A stretch of DNA of 64,000 nucleotides from contig CAWELD010000003.1 in assembly GCA_963809895.1 (NCBI GenBank), positions 2,080,001 through 2,144,000 of the forward strand, written 5' to 3'. A program made the translations under genes and the position numbers. The notes below the pieces were generated by a model. That model had not been told where the DNA came from. It was given only the letters and a program-made list of their open reading frames with translations, and did no database searches. Each line of letters opens with the position of its first letter. Position 1 is the stretch's first letter. This DNA comes from an uncultured Gemmatimonadales bacterium. Lineage in GTDB: Bacteria > Gemmatimonadota > Gemmatimonadetes > Longimicrobiales > Gaopeijiaceae. This document shows, piece after piece, positions 51,381-60,093 of the stretch.

Positions 51381-52742
51381 TCACGCATCGTGGACGTGGA
51401 CCGGACCGAGCTCCAGGGATTCCAGGGGCTCGCGCACCTGATCGGCGTCGCCCACGACGACGATGGTGAGCTCCGAAGGCCGCACGTGCCGGCGAAGGGC
51501 GGCGGTGGCGGCGGCGGGCGTGACGGCCCGGATCTCGTCGCGGTAGCGCGTCCAGGCGTCTTCCGGCAGCCGGTGCACGACCAGCTCGGCCACGCGCCCG
51601 GCGATCTGCTCGGTGGTCTCGAGACGCAGCGGGAAGACACCGGCCACGTAGTCGCGGGCCGCGTCCACCTCGGCTTCGGACGGGCCGTCGAGCACGTAGC
51701 GCTCCACCTCGCCCACGGCCTCGCGAACCGCGTCGGCGGTGACGCCGGTGTCCACGGCGGTGCGCACCGAGAAGGGGCCGGGGCCCCGCCGGAAGGCGAA
51801 CCCGGAGCGGACGCCGTAGGTGAAGCCCCGGGTCTCACGCAGGTTCAGGTTGAGGCGACTGGTGAAGGTCCCGCCCAGGATGGCGTTGGCCACCACCAGT
51901 GCCGGATAGTCCGGCGTGGACCGCGACACGGCGGGATGTCCGATACGGAGCTCACTCTGGACCGAGCCGGGCCGATGGATGACGTGCACGGTACGTTCCC
52001 GGAACCGGGGCCTGCCGGCGACCCCGGGCTCGACCGGCGGGGCGCCCTCCCACCCGGCGAATACGCTCCGGGCCCACGCTTCGACCTCGCCGTGCTCCAC
52101 GTCACCGGCCACCACCAGGCCGCCGCCCGACGGCCGGTAGTACGCCCGGGCGTAGTCCGCCAGCTCCGCGGCGGTACGGGGCGCGATCGAGGCCTCGGTG
52201 CCGCCCGAGGGCCGGCCGTACGGCTCGCCTTCGGCGTAGAAGAGCTCGGCGGCCTTGTCGCCGGCGAGGGCGGAGGGGTCCTTCGCCCGCTGACGGATGC
52301 GCGCCAGCGCCTGATCCCGGGCACGCTCCACTTCGCCCTCCGGGAACGCCGGCGCCAGCACCATCTCCGCCAGCAGGTCCAGACCTTCGGCGAAGTGGTC
52401 GGCGAGACAGGACAGGTAGGCGACGGTGGCGTCCCAGTTGGCGTGGACCGAGACGTCGGCCCCCACCGCCTCCAGGGCCTCGGCCAGGGCCGTGCCGCTG
52501 CGCTTGCGGGTGCCGCCTTCCAGGGCGTTGGCGGTGAGCACGGCGAGCCCGGCCCGGTCCGCCGACAGCGCCGCTTCGCCGGCGGGAAGCACCAGCGCCG
52601 CGGTCACCACGGGCAGGCGAGGCAACGACACCATCCGCACCGGCAGCCCGTTGTCCAGGGTGCGCAACTCGGCGGGGGGCACGTGGAAGGGCCGGAGCGC
52701 TCCGGGTGCCGGAGCCCGGGTGCGATCGAGTGCGGCGCTCAC
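51381..52742 (-). CDS. M16 family peptidase, non-catalytic subunit
   Basis: TLDNGL, no HXXEH, LGGTFTSRL..NLRETRGFTY. Confidence 0.88.
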   Translation of the reverse strand: MSAALDRTRAPAPGALRPFHVPPAELRTLDNGLPVRMVSLPRLPVVTAALVLPAGEAALSADRAGLAVLTANALEGGTRKRSGTALAEALEAVGADVSVHANWDATVAYLSCLADHFAEGLDLLAEMVLAPAFPEGEVERARDQALARIRQRAKDPSALAGDKAAELFYAEGEPYGRPSGGTEASIAPRTAAELADYARAYYRPSGGGLVVAGDVEHGEVEAWARSVFAGWEGAPPVEPGVAGRPRFRERTVHVIHRPGSVQSELRIGHPAVSRSTPDYPALVVANAILGGTFTSRLNLNLRETRGFTYGVRSGFAFRRGPGPFSVRTAVDTGVTADAVREAVGEVERYVLDGPSEAEVDAARDYVAGVFPLRLETTEQIAGRVAELVVHRLPEDAWTRYRDEIRAVTPAAATAALRRHVRPSELTIVVVGDADQVREPLESLELGPVHVHDA

Positions 52743-54037
52743 TGGTCCTCCTCCGGTACGTAGGTGACCACGGCCCGGTTGTCGGGCCCCAGGAAGTCGG
52801 CGGCGAAGCGGCGCACATCGGCAGTCTCCACCGCGCGGATCCGGGCCAGGGTCGAGTTCATTCGTTCCGGATCGTCGAAGAGCGTCGTGTACATGGACAC
52901 CAGGTCGGCCCGGTGATCGAGATGCTCCATGCCCCGCACCTCCCGGGCCTCGGCCAGCGTGCGCGCCCGCTCCACCTCGTCGTCGCCCACCCCGGCGAGC
53001 GCCTCCAGCTCTTCGCCGGCGGCGGCCTCGAGCTCCGCCGGATCCCCGTCCGGGTAGCCGGTGAGCCACACGAGCAGCGTGGACCCGCCGGTGACCAGGG
53101 GAAACGCGAAGCAGGACACGTCGCGGGCGAGGCGCTTCTCCCGCACCAGGACCCGGTACAGGCGGGAGCCCCGTCCCTGGCCCAGGATCTGCGCCGCCAG
53201 GTCCGCCGCGTCGAAGCGGTCGTCGGTGAACGGCGGAATGCGCAGACCCACGAGCACCCGGGGCAGCGGCACGTCCCGCTCCAACACGGTCCGGCGGGTG
53301 TCGCCGAGCACGGCGGGCACCGAGGTGCGTCCGGGCACGGGCGGGGGCTCCTCGCCCCCGGGCAGCGTTCCGAACCAGCGCTCGGCCAGCTCGAAGACCC
53401 GTTCGGGCTCGGCGTCGCCGGCCACCGTGAGCACGGCGTTGTTGGGCGCGTAGTAGGTGCGGAAGAAGTCCGAGACGTCCTCCAGCGACGCCGCGTCCAG
53501 ATCCTCCATGGAGCCGATGACCGTGTGGTGATACGGGTGATCCTCGGGCCAGGCCAGCTTCTGGAGGTGCTCGTCCCAGTCCCCGTAGGGCTGGTTGTCG
53601 TAGCGTTGGCGCTTCTCGTTCTTCACCACGTCACGCTGGTTGTCGAGCTTGTCCTGGGTCATGGCCTGCACCATGTAGCCCATGCGGTCCGACTCGAGCC
53701 ACAGCGCCAGTTCCAGGTGATGCGAGGGCAGCGTCTCGAAATAGTTGGTGCGGTCGAACCAGGTGGTGGCGTTCAGAGACCCACCGGCCCGCTCCACCAG
53801 CTCGAAGTGCCCGTTCTTGGGAACGTGCTCCGAGCCCTGGAACATCATGTGCTCGAACAGGTGGGCGAAGCCCGTGCGACCCGGACGCTCGTTCCGCGAG
53901 CCGACGGCGTACCAGAGGTTCACCGCCACCACCGGAAGCGAGGGATCGGGCGCCGCCACGACCCGCAGCCCGTTGTCCAGCGTGCGGCGGTGCAGCGCGA
54001 AGCCCAGATCGTGGTGCTTGCGGCTCGATGTGCTCAA
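52739..54037 (-). CDS. M16 family zinc peptidase, catalytic subunit
   Basis: GSRNE..GRTGFAHLFEHMMF (HXXEH), NATT..DRTNY. Confidence 0.93.
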   Translation of the reverse strand: MSTSSRKHHDLGFALHRRTLDNGLRVVAAPDPSLPVVAVNLWYAVGSRNERPGRTGFAHLFEHMMFQGSEHVPKNGHFELVERAGGSLNATTWFDRTNYFETLPSHHLELALWLESDRMGYMVQAMTQDKLDNQRDVVKNEKRQRYDNQPYGDWDEHLQKLAWPEDHPYHHTVIGSMEDLDAASLEDVSDFFRTYYAPNNAVLTVAGDAEPERVFELAERWFGTLPGGEEPPPVPGRTSVPAVLGDTRRTVLERDVPLPRVLVGLRIPPFTDDRFDAADLAAQILGQGRGSRLYRVLVREKRLARDVSCFAFPLVTGGSTLLVWLTGYPDGDPAELEAAAGEELEALAGVGDDEVERARTLAEAREVRGMEHLDHRADLVSMYTTLFDDPERMNSTLARIRAVETADVRRFAADFLGPDNRAVVTYVPEEDQ

Positions 54038-54092
54038 CGTTCTCCTCGCGGTTTCGTCCGATGTCGTGGTGGGGCGCCTCTCCGGAGCCCGC

Positions 54093-54983
54093 TCAGGGCC
54101 GGGTGTACAGCCGCTCGCGGAAGGCCGAGGGAGCGAATTGGCTCTTCAGGAAGCGCGCGCAGGCATCGGCGCCCTCGGTGATGCGCTCCTCCACGCCTTC
54201 TGCCAGGAGCCGATCGGTGCCCTCGGCCACGAAGCGGCCCCGCTCCAGCATCTCCCACGCCTCGGTCTCGTGCTCCACGGCGCCCAGCGCCAGGGCCGCC
54301 AGAAGCTGGGCCTCGGTGTCCTCGTCGCGCAGCCGGGCACCGGCCTCCAGCTCCGCGGCGGCCTCTTCGGCCCGGCCGTCTTCCAGGAGGGCCAATCCCA
54401 GCACCACGCGGCTCCACCCGTCTTCGGGGTCGAGCTCGGCGGCACGGGCCAGCTCGGCGAGCCCGCGCCCCAGGTCGTCGTGCAGGATGTGGCCGACGCC
54501 GAGCTCGTACGCCACCACCGCGTCGTCGGGCTCCAGCTCCCGCGCGGCTTCCAGCTCCCTCAGCCCCTCCTGCACCATCCCCTCGCGCGTCAGATAGGCG
54601 CCGTACATCCAGCGGGCCAGGGCCACGTCGGGCCCGAGAAGCGCCGCGGCCCTCAGGGCGGTCTCGGCGTCGGGGTCGTCGAAGTTGGCCAGCGCCGTAC
54701 CCGCAGTCGCCAGCAGAAAGGGATCCTCCGGATCGGCCGCCACGCACTGCTTGAAACGCTCGTAGGCGATGCCGTCGAGGCCCAGCTCACGCTCGGCGAC
54801 CCCGAGCCAGCACAACACGAAGGGATCCCCGGGAAACGACTCCAGCCCCTCGCGCAGGACCGTGGCCATGCCGTCGAAGTCGCCGTCGTCACCCAGCCGG
54901 TGGGCCTCTTCGAGGAGGGCCTCCAGCCCGGCGGCATGGCGAGCGTCCATCCCGTTTCCGCTCGTATCGTCGCTCATGGACAT
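54093..54983 (-). CDS. Tetratricopeptide repeat protein
   Basis: Repeated A..L.P helical pattern along the whole ORF; acidic; no signal peptide. Confidence 0.8.
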   Translation of the reverse strand: MSMSDDTSGNGMDARHAAGLEALLEEAHRLGDDGDFDGMATVLREGLESFPGDPFVLCWLGVAERELGLDGIAYERFKQCVAADPEDPFLLATAGTALANFDDPDAETALRAAALLGPDVALARWMYGAYLTREGMVQEGLRELEAARELEPDDAVVAYELGVGHILHDDLGRGLAELARAAELDPEDGWSRVVLGLALLEDGRAEEAAAELEAGARLRDEDTEAQLLAALALGAVEHETEAWEMLERGRFVAEGTDRLLAEGVEERITEGADACARFLKSQFAPSAFRERLYTRP

Positions 54984-54989
54984 CCCCCG

Positions 54990-56204
54990 CTACGCGCCGT
55001 ACTTCACCAGCCGCCCCGCGTGCGCCAGGGCGAGGGGCATGAGGTGGGTGCCGTGGATGACACCCAGATCTCCCCCGCGGCACGCCGACTCACCGAACGT
55101 GGCCGCGGTGGGCCGCGCCCAGCCCGAGGCCACCAGGGTGGGCACGTGGTGCCAGGAGTGTTCGCGGTAGGTGGCGGGCGTCGAGTGGTCGCCGGTGACC
55201 ATGAGCACGTCGGGCTCCAGCGCGGTGACGCGCGGCAGCAGCGCGTCCACCTCTTCGATGGCGGCCACCTTGCCCTGGAAATCCCCGTCGTGGCCGCGGG
55301 TGTCGGTATCCTTGAAGTGGAGGAAATAGAAGTCGTAGCCGCCCCAGTGCCCTTCCAGCAGCGCCGCGGTCTCCGCGTTGCTCGAAGGGACGCCGTCGAC
55401 GGTCATGCCCACCATGCGCGCCACACCCCGGTACATGGGGTACTTGGCCATGGCCACGCCCTCGAGCCCGAAGCGGTCCAGGATGGAGGGGATGTGCTCG
55501 TAGCGGGCGAACCCCCGGGCGAGGAAGCCGTTCATGACCGGCTCGTCGGCCAGGATGTCCCGCACCTGAGCCAGGATGGCACGGACGACCTCGGCGGCGT
55601 GCTCCGAGCCCGGCTCGGTGGCGGCGCAGGGCAGATCGGGCACCCCCGTCTCCAGGGGATCGGTGTCGGTGAGGTCCGCGTCCAGTCCGTCGCCCCGGAT
55701 GCGCAGCACGACGCGGTGCTCCTTCTCCGGCACCAACTCGACCTCGGTACCGGCCGGTGCCTCCAGCGCAGCGCGGATCTTCTCCACCACCCGGCGGGCC
55801 TCGTCGTCGGAGGGCCGCCCCGCCCGCCGGTCGGCCACGTGGCCCTCGTCGTCGAAGGTGGCCAGGTTCAGCCGCGCCGCGATGTCACCGGGCGCCAGCT
55901 CCAGCCCCACGCCCAGGGCGCTGAGCGCCCCCCGGCCGATGACCCAGCGGGTCGGATCGTAGCCGAACAGCGACAGATGGCCCGGCCCGCTCCCCGGGGT
56001 GATGCCCGGCGCCACGGGCTCCATCATGCCCAACGACGCACGTGACGCCAGCGCGTCCAGGTTGGGCGTGCGCGCCGTTTCCAACTCGGTGGCGCCGGTG
56101 TCGGGGTGCGGCAGGCCGCCCAGCCCGTCCATGACCAGCAACACGATGCGGCCACGGCCGGGGGAACGGTCGACCTGATCTTCGGGAAGGACCACGCTGC
56201 TCAT
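54990..56204 (-). CDS. apgM: 2,3-bisphosphoglycerate-independent phosphoglycerate mutase (ApgM-type)
   Basis: VMDGLGG, TELE.A.TPNLD, PGSGPGHLSLFGYDP, DTRGHDGD, TGDHSTP. Confidence 0.9.
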   Translation of the reverse strand: MSSVVLPEDQVDRSPGRGRIVLLVMDGLGGLPHPDTGATELETARTPNLDALASRASLGMMEPVAPGITPGSGPGHLSLFGYDPTRWVIGRGALSALGVGLELAPGDIAARLNLATFDDEGHVADRRAGRPSDDEARRVVEKIRAALEAPAGTEVELVPEKEHRVVLRIRGDGLDADLTDTDPLETGVPDLPCAATEPGSEHAAEVVRAILAQVRDILADEPVMNGFLARGFARYEHIPSILDRFGLEGVAMAKYPMYRGVARMVGMTVDGVPSSNAETAALLEGHWGGYDFYFLHFKDTDTRGHDGDFQGKVAAIEEVDALLPRVTALEPDVLMVTGDHSTPATYREHSWHHVPTLVASGWARPTAATFGESACRGGDLGVIHGTHLMPLALAHAGRLVKYGA

Positions 56205-56369
56205 GCTTCTGGCCTGTCCGAGGGGGGTGGAAGGGCCGGGACCCCGGGAATATGTCGGAAGCCGGCGTCGACCCCAAGGTGGGGGAGACCACGGAGCCGC
56301 CTTGCCCGGCGGTCGCCGTGCCGCCTACCATCGTCGTCGCATCCACCACCTCCATCCGCGGAGCCCCAC

Positions 56370-58112
56370 ATGATCCGCCGCGCATTCCTCGCCCTCACCG
56401 CGTCGTTGGCCCTGGCCGGCCCGGCGGCGGCCCAGGCCGGCACGCACTACGATGTGCTCCTCGCCGGCGGTCACGTCATGGACGGGACCGGCAATCCCTG
56501 GTTCCAGGCCGACGTGGGCATCCGTGACGGGCGCATCGTGGCGGTGGGACGTCTGGCGGGCGCCACGGCGGAGCGGACCATCGATGCGCACGGTCTGGTG
56601 GTGGCGCCGGGGTTCATCGACATGCACTCGCACGCCGACGACGGCAGCGCCCGCATCGGCGGCGCCACCATCCGCACCGACTCGCTGCGCCGCAAGGCCA
56701 TGCCCAACATCGTGGCCCAGGGCGTAACCACGGTGGTGGTGAACCAGGACGGGCGCTCGCCCTGGCCCATCTCCGGGCAGCGGGACCTGCTGCGCGAGCA
56801 GGGCACCGGGGGCAACGTCATGCTCATGGTGGGACACGGAGAGGTGCGTCGTCAGGTCATGGGCGACGACTATCAGCGGCCGGCCACCGACGACGAGATC
56901 CGCCGGATGCAGGCGCTGGTGCGGCAGGGGCTGGAAGAGGGCGCGGTGGGCCTGAGCGCCGGGCTCGAGTACGTCCCCGGCCGCTGGAGCACCACCGACG
57001 AGGTGGCGGCGCTGGCCGAAGAGCTGGTCCCCTTCGACGGGGTCTACATCAGCCACGAGCGCAGCGAGGGCGCCGATCCCATGTGGTACTGGCCCAGCCA
57101 GGACGACCCCGGCGCCCCCACGCTCCTGGACGCGGTCATGGAGACCATCGAGATCGGTCGCCACTCCGGCGCGAAGGTGGTGGCCTCGCACATCAAGGCC
57201 AAGGGTGCCCACTACTGGGGCTCCAGCCACGCCGCCATCCAGCTCATCGAGTCGGCCCGCGCCGAGGGCGTGCGGGTGTGGGCGGACCAGTATCCCTACC
57301 CCACCAGCGGCACCGACGGCAACACGGTGCTGGTGCCCGACTGGGCGCTGCGCGATCCTGGCGACCGGCGGCGCGAGGACCGCCGCCCGCCCGCCGAGGT
57401 GCTGCGCGAGAAGCTGGCGGACCCGGTCACCGCCGCCGAGGTCCGCCAGGACATCACCCACGAGATCCGCCGCCGGGGCGGGGCCGGACGGGTGGTGGTC
57501 TTCGAGTATCCCGACACGTCGTTGGTGGGCCTGTCGCTGGCGGAGGTGGCCGAGCGCTGGGAGCTGGACCCGGTGGAGACCGCCATCCAGCTCCAGCTCC
57601 GGGGCGATCCCCAGCGCCCGGGTGGTGGCCGCATGCGGGGGTTCTCCATGTCCGAGGACGACGTGGAGGCCTACGCCGCCCGGCCCTGGGTGGCCACGGC
57701 GTCGGACGGCGGGCTCGCCCACCCCGACGACGGCGGCTCGGTACATCCGCGCTACTACGGCACCTTCCCGCGCAAGATCGCCTGGTACGCCCGGGATCGG
57801 GGCGTGCTGTCCGTGGAGAACGCCGTGCGCTCCATGACCTCGCTGCCCGCCCTGCTCATGGGACTCCGGGACCGGGGTCTGATCCGGGAGGGCTTCGTGG
57901 CCGACGTCACGGTCTTCGACCTGGACGAGCTGGAAGACCGCGCCACCTTCTTCGAGCCGCACCAGTATCCGGCGGGCATCCGCTACGTCATGGTGGGCGG
58001 CCAGTTCGTGGTGGACGAGGGCGAGCTCACCTGGGCGCTCCCCGGACAGGTCATCACCGCGGACCAGCGGGGCTCGGCCGAGGCGGGACCGGTCATGCAG
58101 GAAGCGCGGTAG
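56370..58112 (+). CDS. N-acyl-D-amino acid deacylase-like amidohydrolase (secreted)
   Basis: Signal peptide, DGTGNP, PGFIDMHSH, GLEY.PG, SHIK, DQYPY, HPRYYGTFPR, DRG.IREGF.AD. Confidence 0.9.
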   Translation: MIRRAFLALTASLALAGPAAAQAGTHYDVLLAGGHVMDGTGNPWFQADVGIRDGRIVAVGRLAGATAERTIDAHGLVVAPGFIDMHSHADDGSARIGGATIRTDSLRRKAMPNIVAQGVTTVVVNQDGRSPWPISGQRDLLREQGTGGNVMLMVGHGEVRRQVMGDDYQRPATDDEIRRMQALVRQGLEEGAVGLSAGLEYVPGRWSTTDEVAALAEELVPFDGVYISHERSEGADPMWYWPSQDDPGAPTLLDAVMETIEIGRHSGAKVVASHIKAKGAHYWGSSHAAIQLIESARAEGVRVWADQYPYPTSGTDGNTVLVPDWALRDPGDRRREDRRPPAEVLREKLADPVTAAEVRQDITHEIRRRGGAGRVVVFEYPDTSLVGLSLAEVAERWELDPVETAIQLQLRGDPQRPGGGRMRGFSMSEDDVEAYAARPWVATASDGGLAHPDDGGSVHPRYYGTFPRKIAWYARDRGVLSVENAVRSMTSLPALLMGLRDRGLIREGFVADVTVFDLDELEDRATFFEPHQYPAGIRYVMVGGQFVVDEGELTWALPGQVITADQRGSAEAGPVMQEAR

Positions 58113-58136
58113 CTTCCCGCGGTGGGGGCCGGCGAC

Positions 58137-58997
58137 CTACGCCGTCCCCCCCTCTTCGCCCATGATCCCTTCCATGGCGGCCTCCAGCGCCCGACGCAGC
58201 TCGGCCGCGGTGGCACCCATGTGGAAGGCGGCCACCGCCACGGGCCGGAGCAGGCCCTCCAGCGCCTCCCGACGCTCCGAGCGCGAGGCATCGCTCCGGC
58301 CGGGCTCGGCCACCCGGGTACCCCGGGCGCCCTCGGTGACCACCACGCCCAGGCGCTCGAGCTCGGTGTAGGCCCGGGCCACCGTCCCGGGGGCGATGTC
58401 CAGCTCGTCGGCCAGGCGCCGCACCGGCGGCAGGCGCTCGCCGGGTGTCAGCGCGCCGGTGGCGACGCCCTCCCGCACGCGGGAGACGATCTGCTCGTAG
58501 ATGGACTCGGACGAGGTGTCGTCGATGCGAACGCGGAAGCGGCCCCGTGGCGGCTCGGCGCCCGCGACCCCGCGCAGCTCGAGCGTCAGGCTGCGGGCAG
58601 CCTCCGGCGTCACACCGAGCGTCCGCAGCACGTTGGCCGCGATGCCCTTCTCTTCTCGCAGGAGTCCCAGGAGAATGTGCTCCGTGCCTACGTGTGCCTG
58701 ATCGAGCTCCCGGGCGGCGGCCATGGCCAGCTCCAACACCTTCTTGGCCCGCGACGTGTAGGGAAGCTCGCCCAGGGCCGGGCCGGCTGAACCGCGCCGA
58801 ACCGCGGCCGCGACCCGCTTGCGCACCTCCTCGGGGTCCACACCCAGCCGGTCCAGCACCTCGTTACCCACGCCGCCGGCATCCAGCAGCCCGAGCAGCA
58901 TGTGCTCAGTTCCCACGTAGTCGTGCCGGAAGCGCACGGCCTCCTCTCTCGCCCGCGCCAGCGACAGCCGCACACGGTCCGTGAAGTTGTACTTCAT
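58137..58997 (-). CDS. Clp N-terminal (repeat) domain fused to a YtrA-type GntR winged helix
   Basis: About 143 N-terminal aa: FTDRV...YVGTEHMLLGL...YTSRAKKVLE...VGTEHILLGLLRE; then IYEQI...G.L.PGERLPPVR.LA.EL.IAPGTVARAY.ELE..G......GT.V and a short C-terminal helix pair; single uninterrupted ORF; GAGGGG RBS before ATG 58997. Confidence 0.88.
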   Translation of the reverse strand: MKYNFTDRVRLSLARAREEAVRFRHDYVGTEHMLLGLLDAGGVGNEVLDRLGVDPEEVRKRVAAAVRRGSAGPALGELPYTSRAKKVLELAMAAARELDQAHVGTEHILLGLLREEKGIAANVLRTLGVTPEAARSLTLELRGVAGAEPPRGRFRVRIDDTSSESIYEQIVSRVREGVATGALTPGERLPPVRRLADELDIAPGTVARAYTELERLGVVVTEGARGTRVAEPGRSDASRSERREALEGLLRPVAVAAFHMGATAAELRRALEAAMEGIMGEEGGTA

Positions 58998-59051
58998 CGA
59001 GCCCCCCTCAATCTTGTACCAGTCTTCTTGGAACATGACGATGCTGCGCTC

Positions 59052-59074
59052 TTGTGTCAACTACATTGATACAA
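59052..59074. promoter_or_regulatory. YtrA-type GntR operator palindrome
   Basis: TTGTGTCAA-ctaca-TTGATACAA (8 of 9 arm positions match; TGTG-N13-TACA) about 55 nt upstream of the ClpN-GntR gene. Confidence 0.7.
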
Positions 59075-59196
59075 AGAGACCCTCCGCGGTGCTCCGCAGC
59101 TTGCTCCGCTGACGCTCTCCCACCCACCTTGCGGGGTTCCCGCGTCGTGGCCCGCCACGCTCTCGTTGACGTTCGAACATCCCGCTGGAGGCCTTC

Positions 59197-60081
59197 GTGA
59201 ACTGGTCCGAGATCCTCTCCGTCGCCGACCGGATCCTGCAGTACGAATTCCACATCGGGGGCCAGGCGGTAAGCGTCCTCGACCTGGTGATCTTCGTGGG
59301 CATCCTCATGCTCACCTGGATCGTGTCGAGGCTCATCCGCCGCGGGTTGCAGGGCGTCCTGGACCGGCGCGGGGTGGACGATCCCGGGACCGTGGCGGTG
59401 ACGACCCGGATTCTCCACTACGCGATCATGGCGGTGGGGCTCCTGACAGGGCTCTCGCAGATCGGCATCAACCTCTCCGCCCTGTTCGCCGCCGGCGCCG
59501 TGTTCGCCGTGGGGATCGGCTTCGCGCTGCAGACGCTGTCGGAGAACTTCGTCTCCGGCGTCATCCTCCTCATCGAGCGCTCCATCAAGCCCGGTGACAT
59601 CCTGGAGGTCAACGGCGAGGTCATCCGGGTGCAGCGCATGGGAATCCGCACCACCATCGGCCGCAACCGGGACGACGAGGAAATCATCATCCCCAACAGC
59701 ACACTGGTGAGCACCGCGGTCACCAACTACACGCTCCAGGACTCGATCATCCGGATCCGGGCCGCGGTGGGCGTGGCCTACGGATCCGACATGAAGCAGG
59801 TCATGGACGTGCTCCGGGAGATGGCCGATGGACTGGAGTGGCGGCTGGGCACCTACGATCCCGTCGTGCTCCTCACCGACTTCGCCTCGTCGTCGGTGAA
59901 CTTCGACGTGTCGGTCTGGATCGCGGACCCGTGGCGGGCGCCCCGGCGCCGCTCGGACCTCATGCACGGCGTCTGGAACGCCCTCGCCGATGCGGGCATC
60001 ACCATCGCCTTCCCGCAGGTGGACGTGCATTTCGACCGTCCCTTCGAGGAGGCGCTCGACCGCCTTCCCAAAGCGTCCTGA
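59197..60081 (+). CDS. Small-conductance mechanosensitive channel (MscS family)
   Basis: GIGFALQ...NFVSG.ILL.ERSIKPGD, IIIPNS, VGVAYGSD, GITIAFPQ. Confidence 0.93.
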   Translation: MNWSEILSVADRILQYEFHIGGQAVSVLDLVIFVGILMLTWIVSRLIRRGLQGVLDRRGVDDPGTVAVTTRILHYAIMAVGLLTGLSQIGINLSALFAAGAVFAVGIGFALQTLSENFVSGVILLIERSIKPGDILEVNGEVIRVQRMGIRTTIGRNRDDEEIIIPNSTLVSTAVTNYTLQDSIIRIRAAVGVAYGSDMKQVMDVLREMADGLEWRLGTYDPVVLLTDFASSSVNFDVSVWIADPWRAPRRRSDLMHGVWNALADAGITIAFPQVDVHFDRPFEEALDRLPKAS

Positions 60082-60093
60082 GGAGCACCGGAC

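Noticed and set aside
51381..54037. Second M16 gene lacking HXXEH as a pseudogene
   Set aside because: Catalytic plus non-catalytic (R-Y motif) M16B heterodimer pairs are a well-known arrangement.
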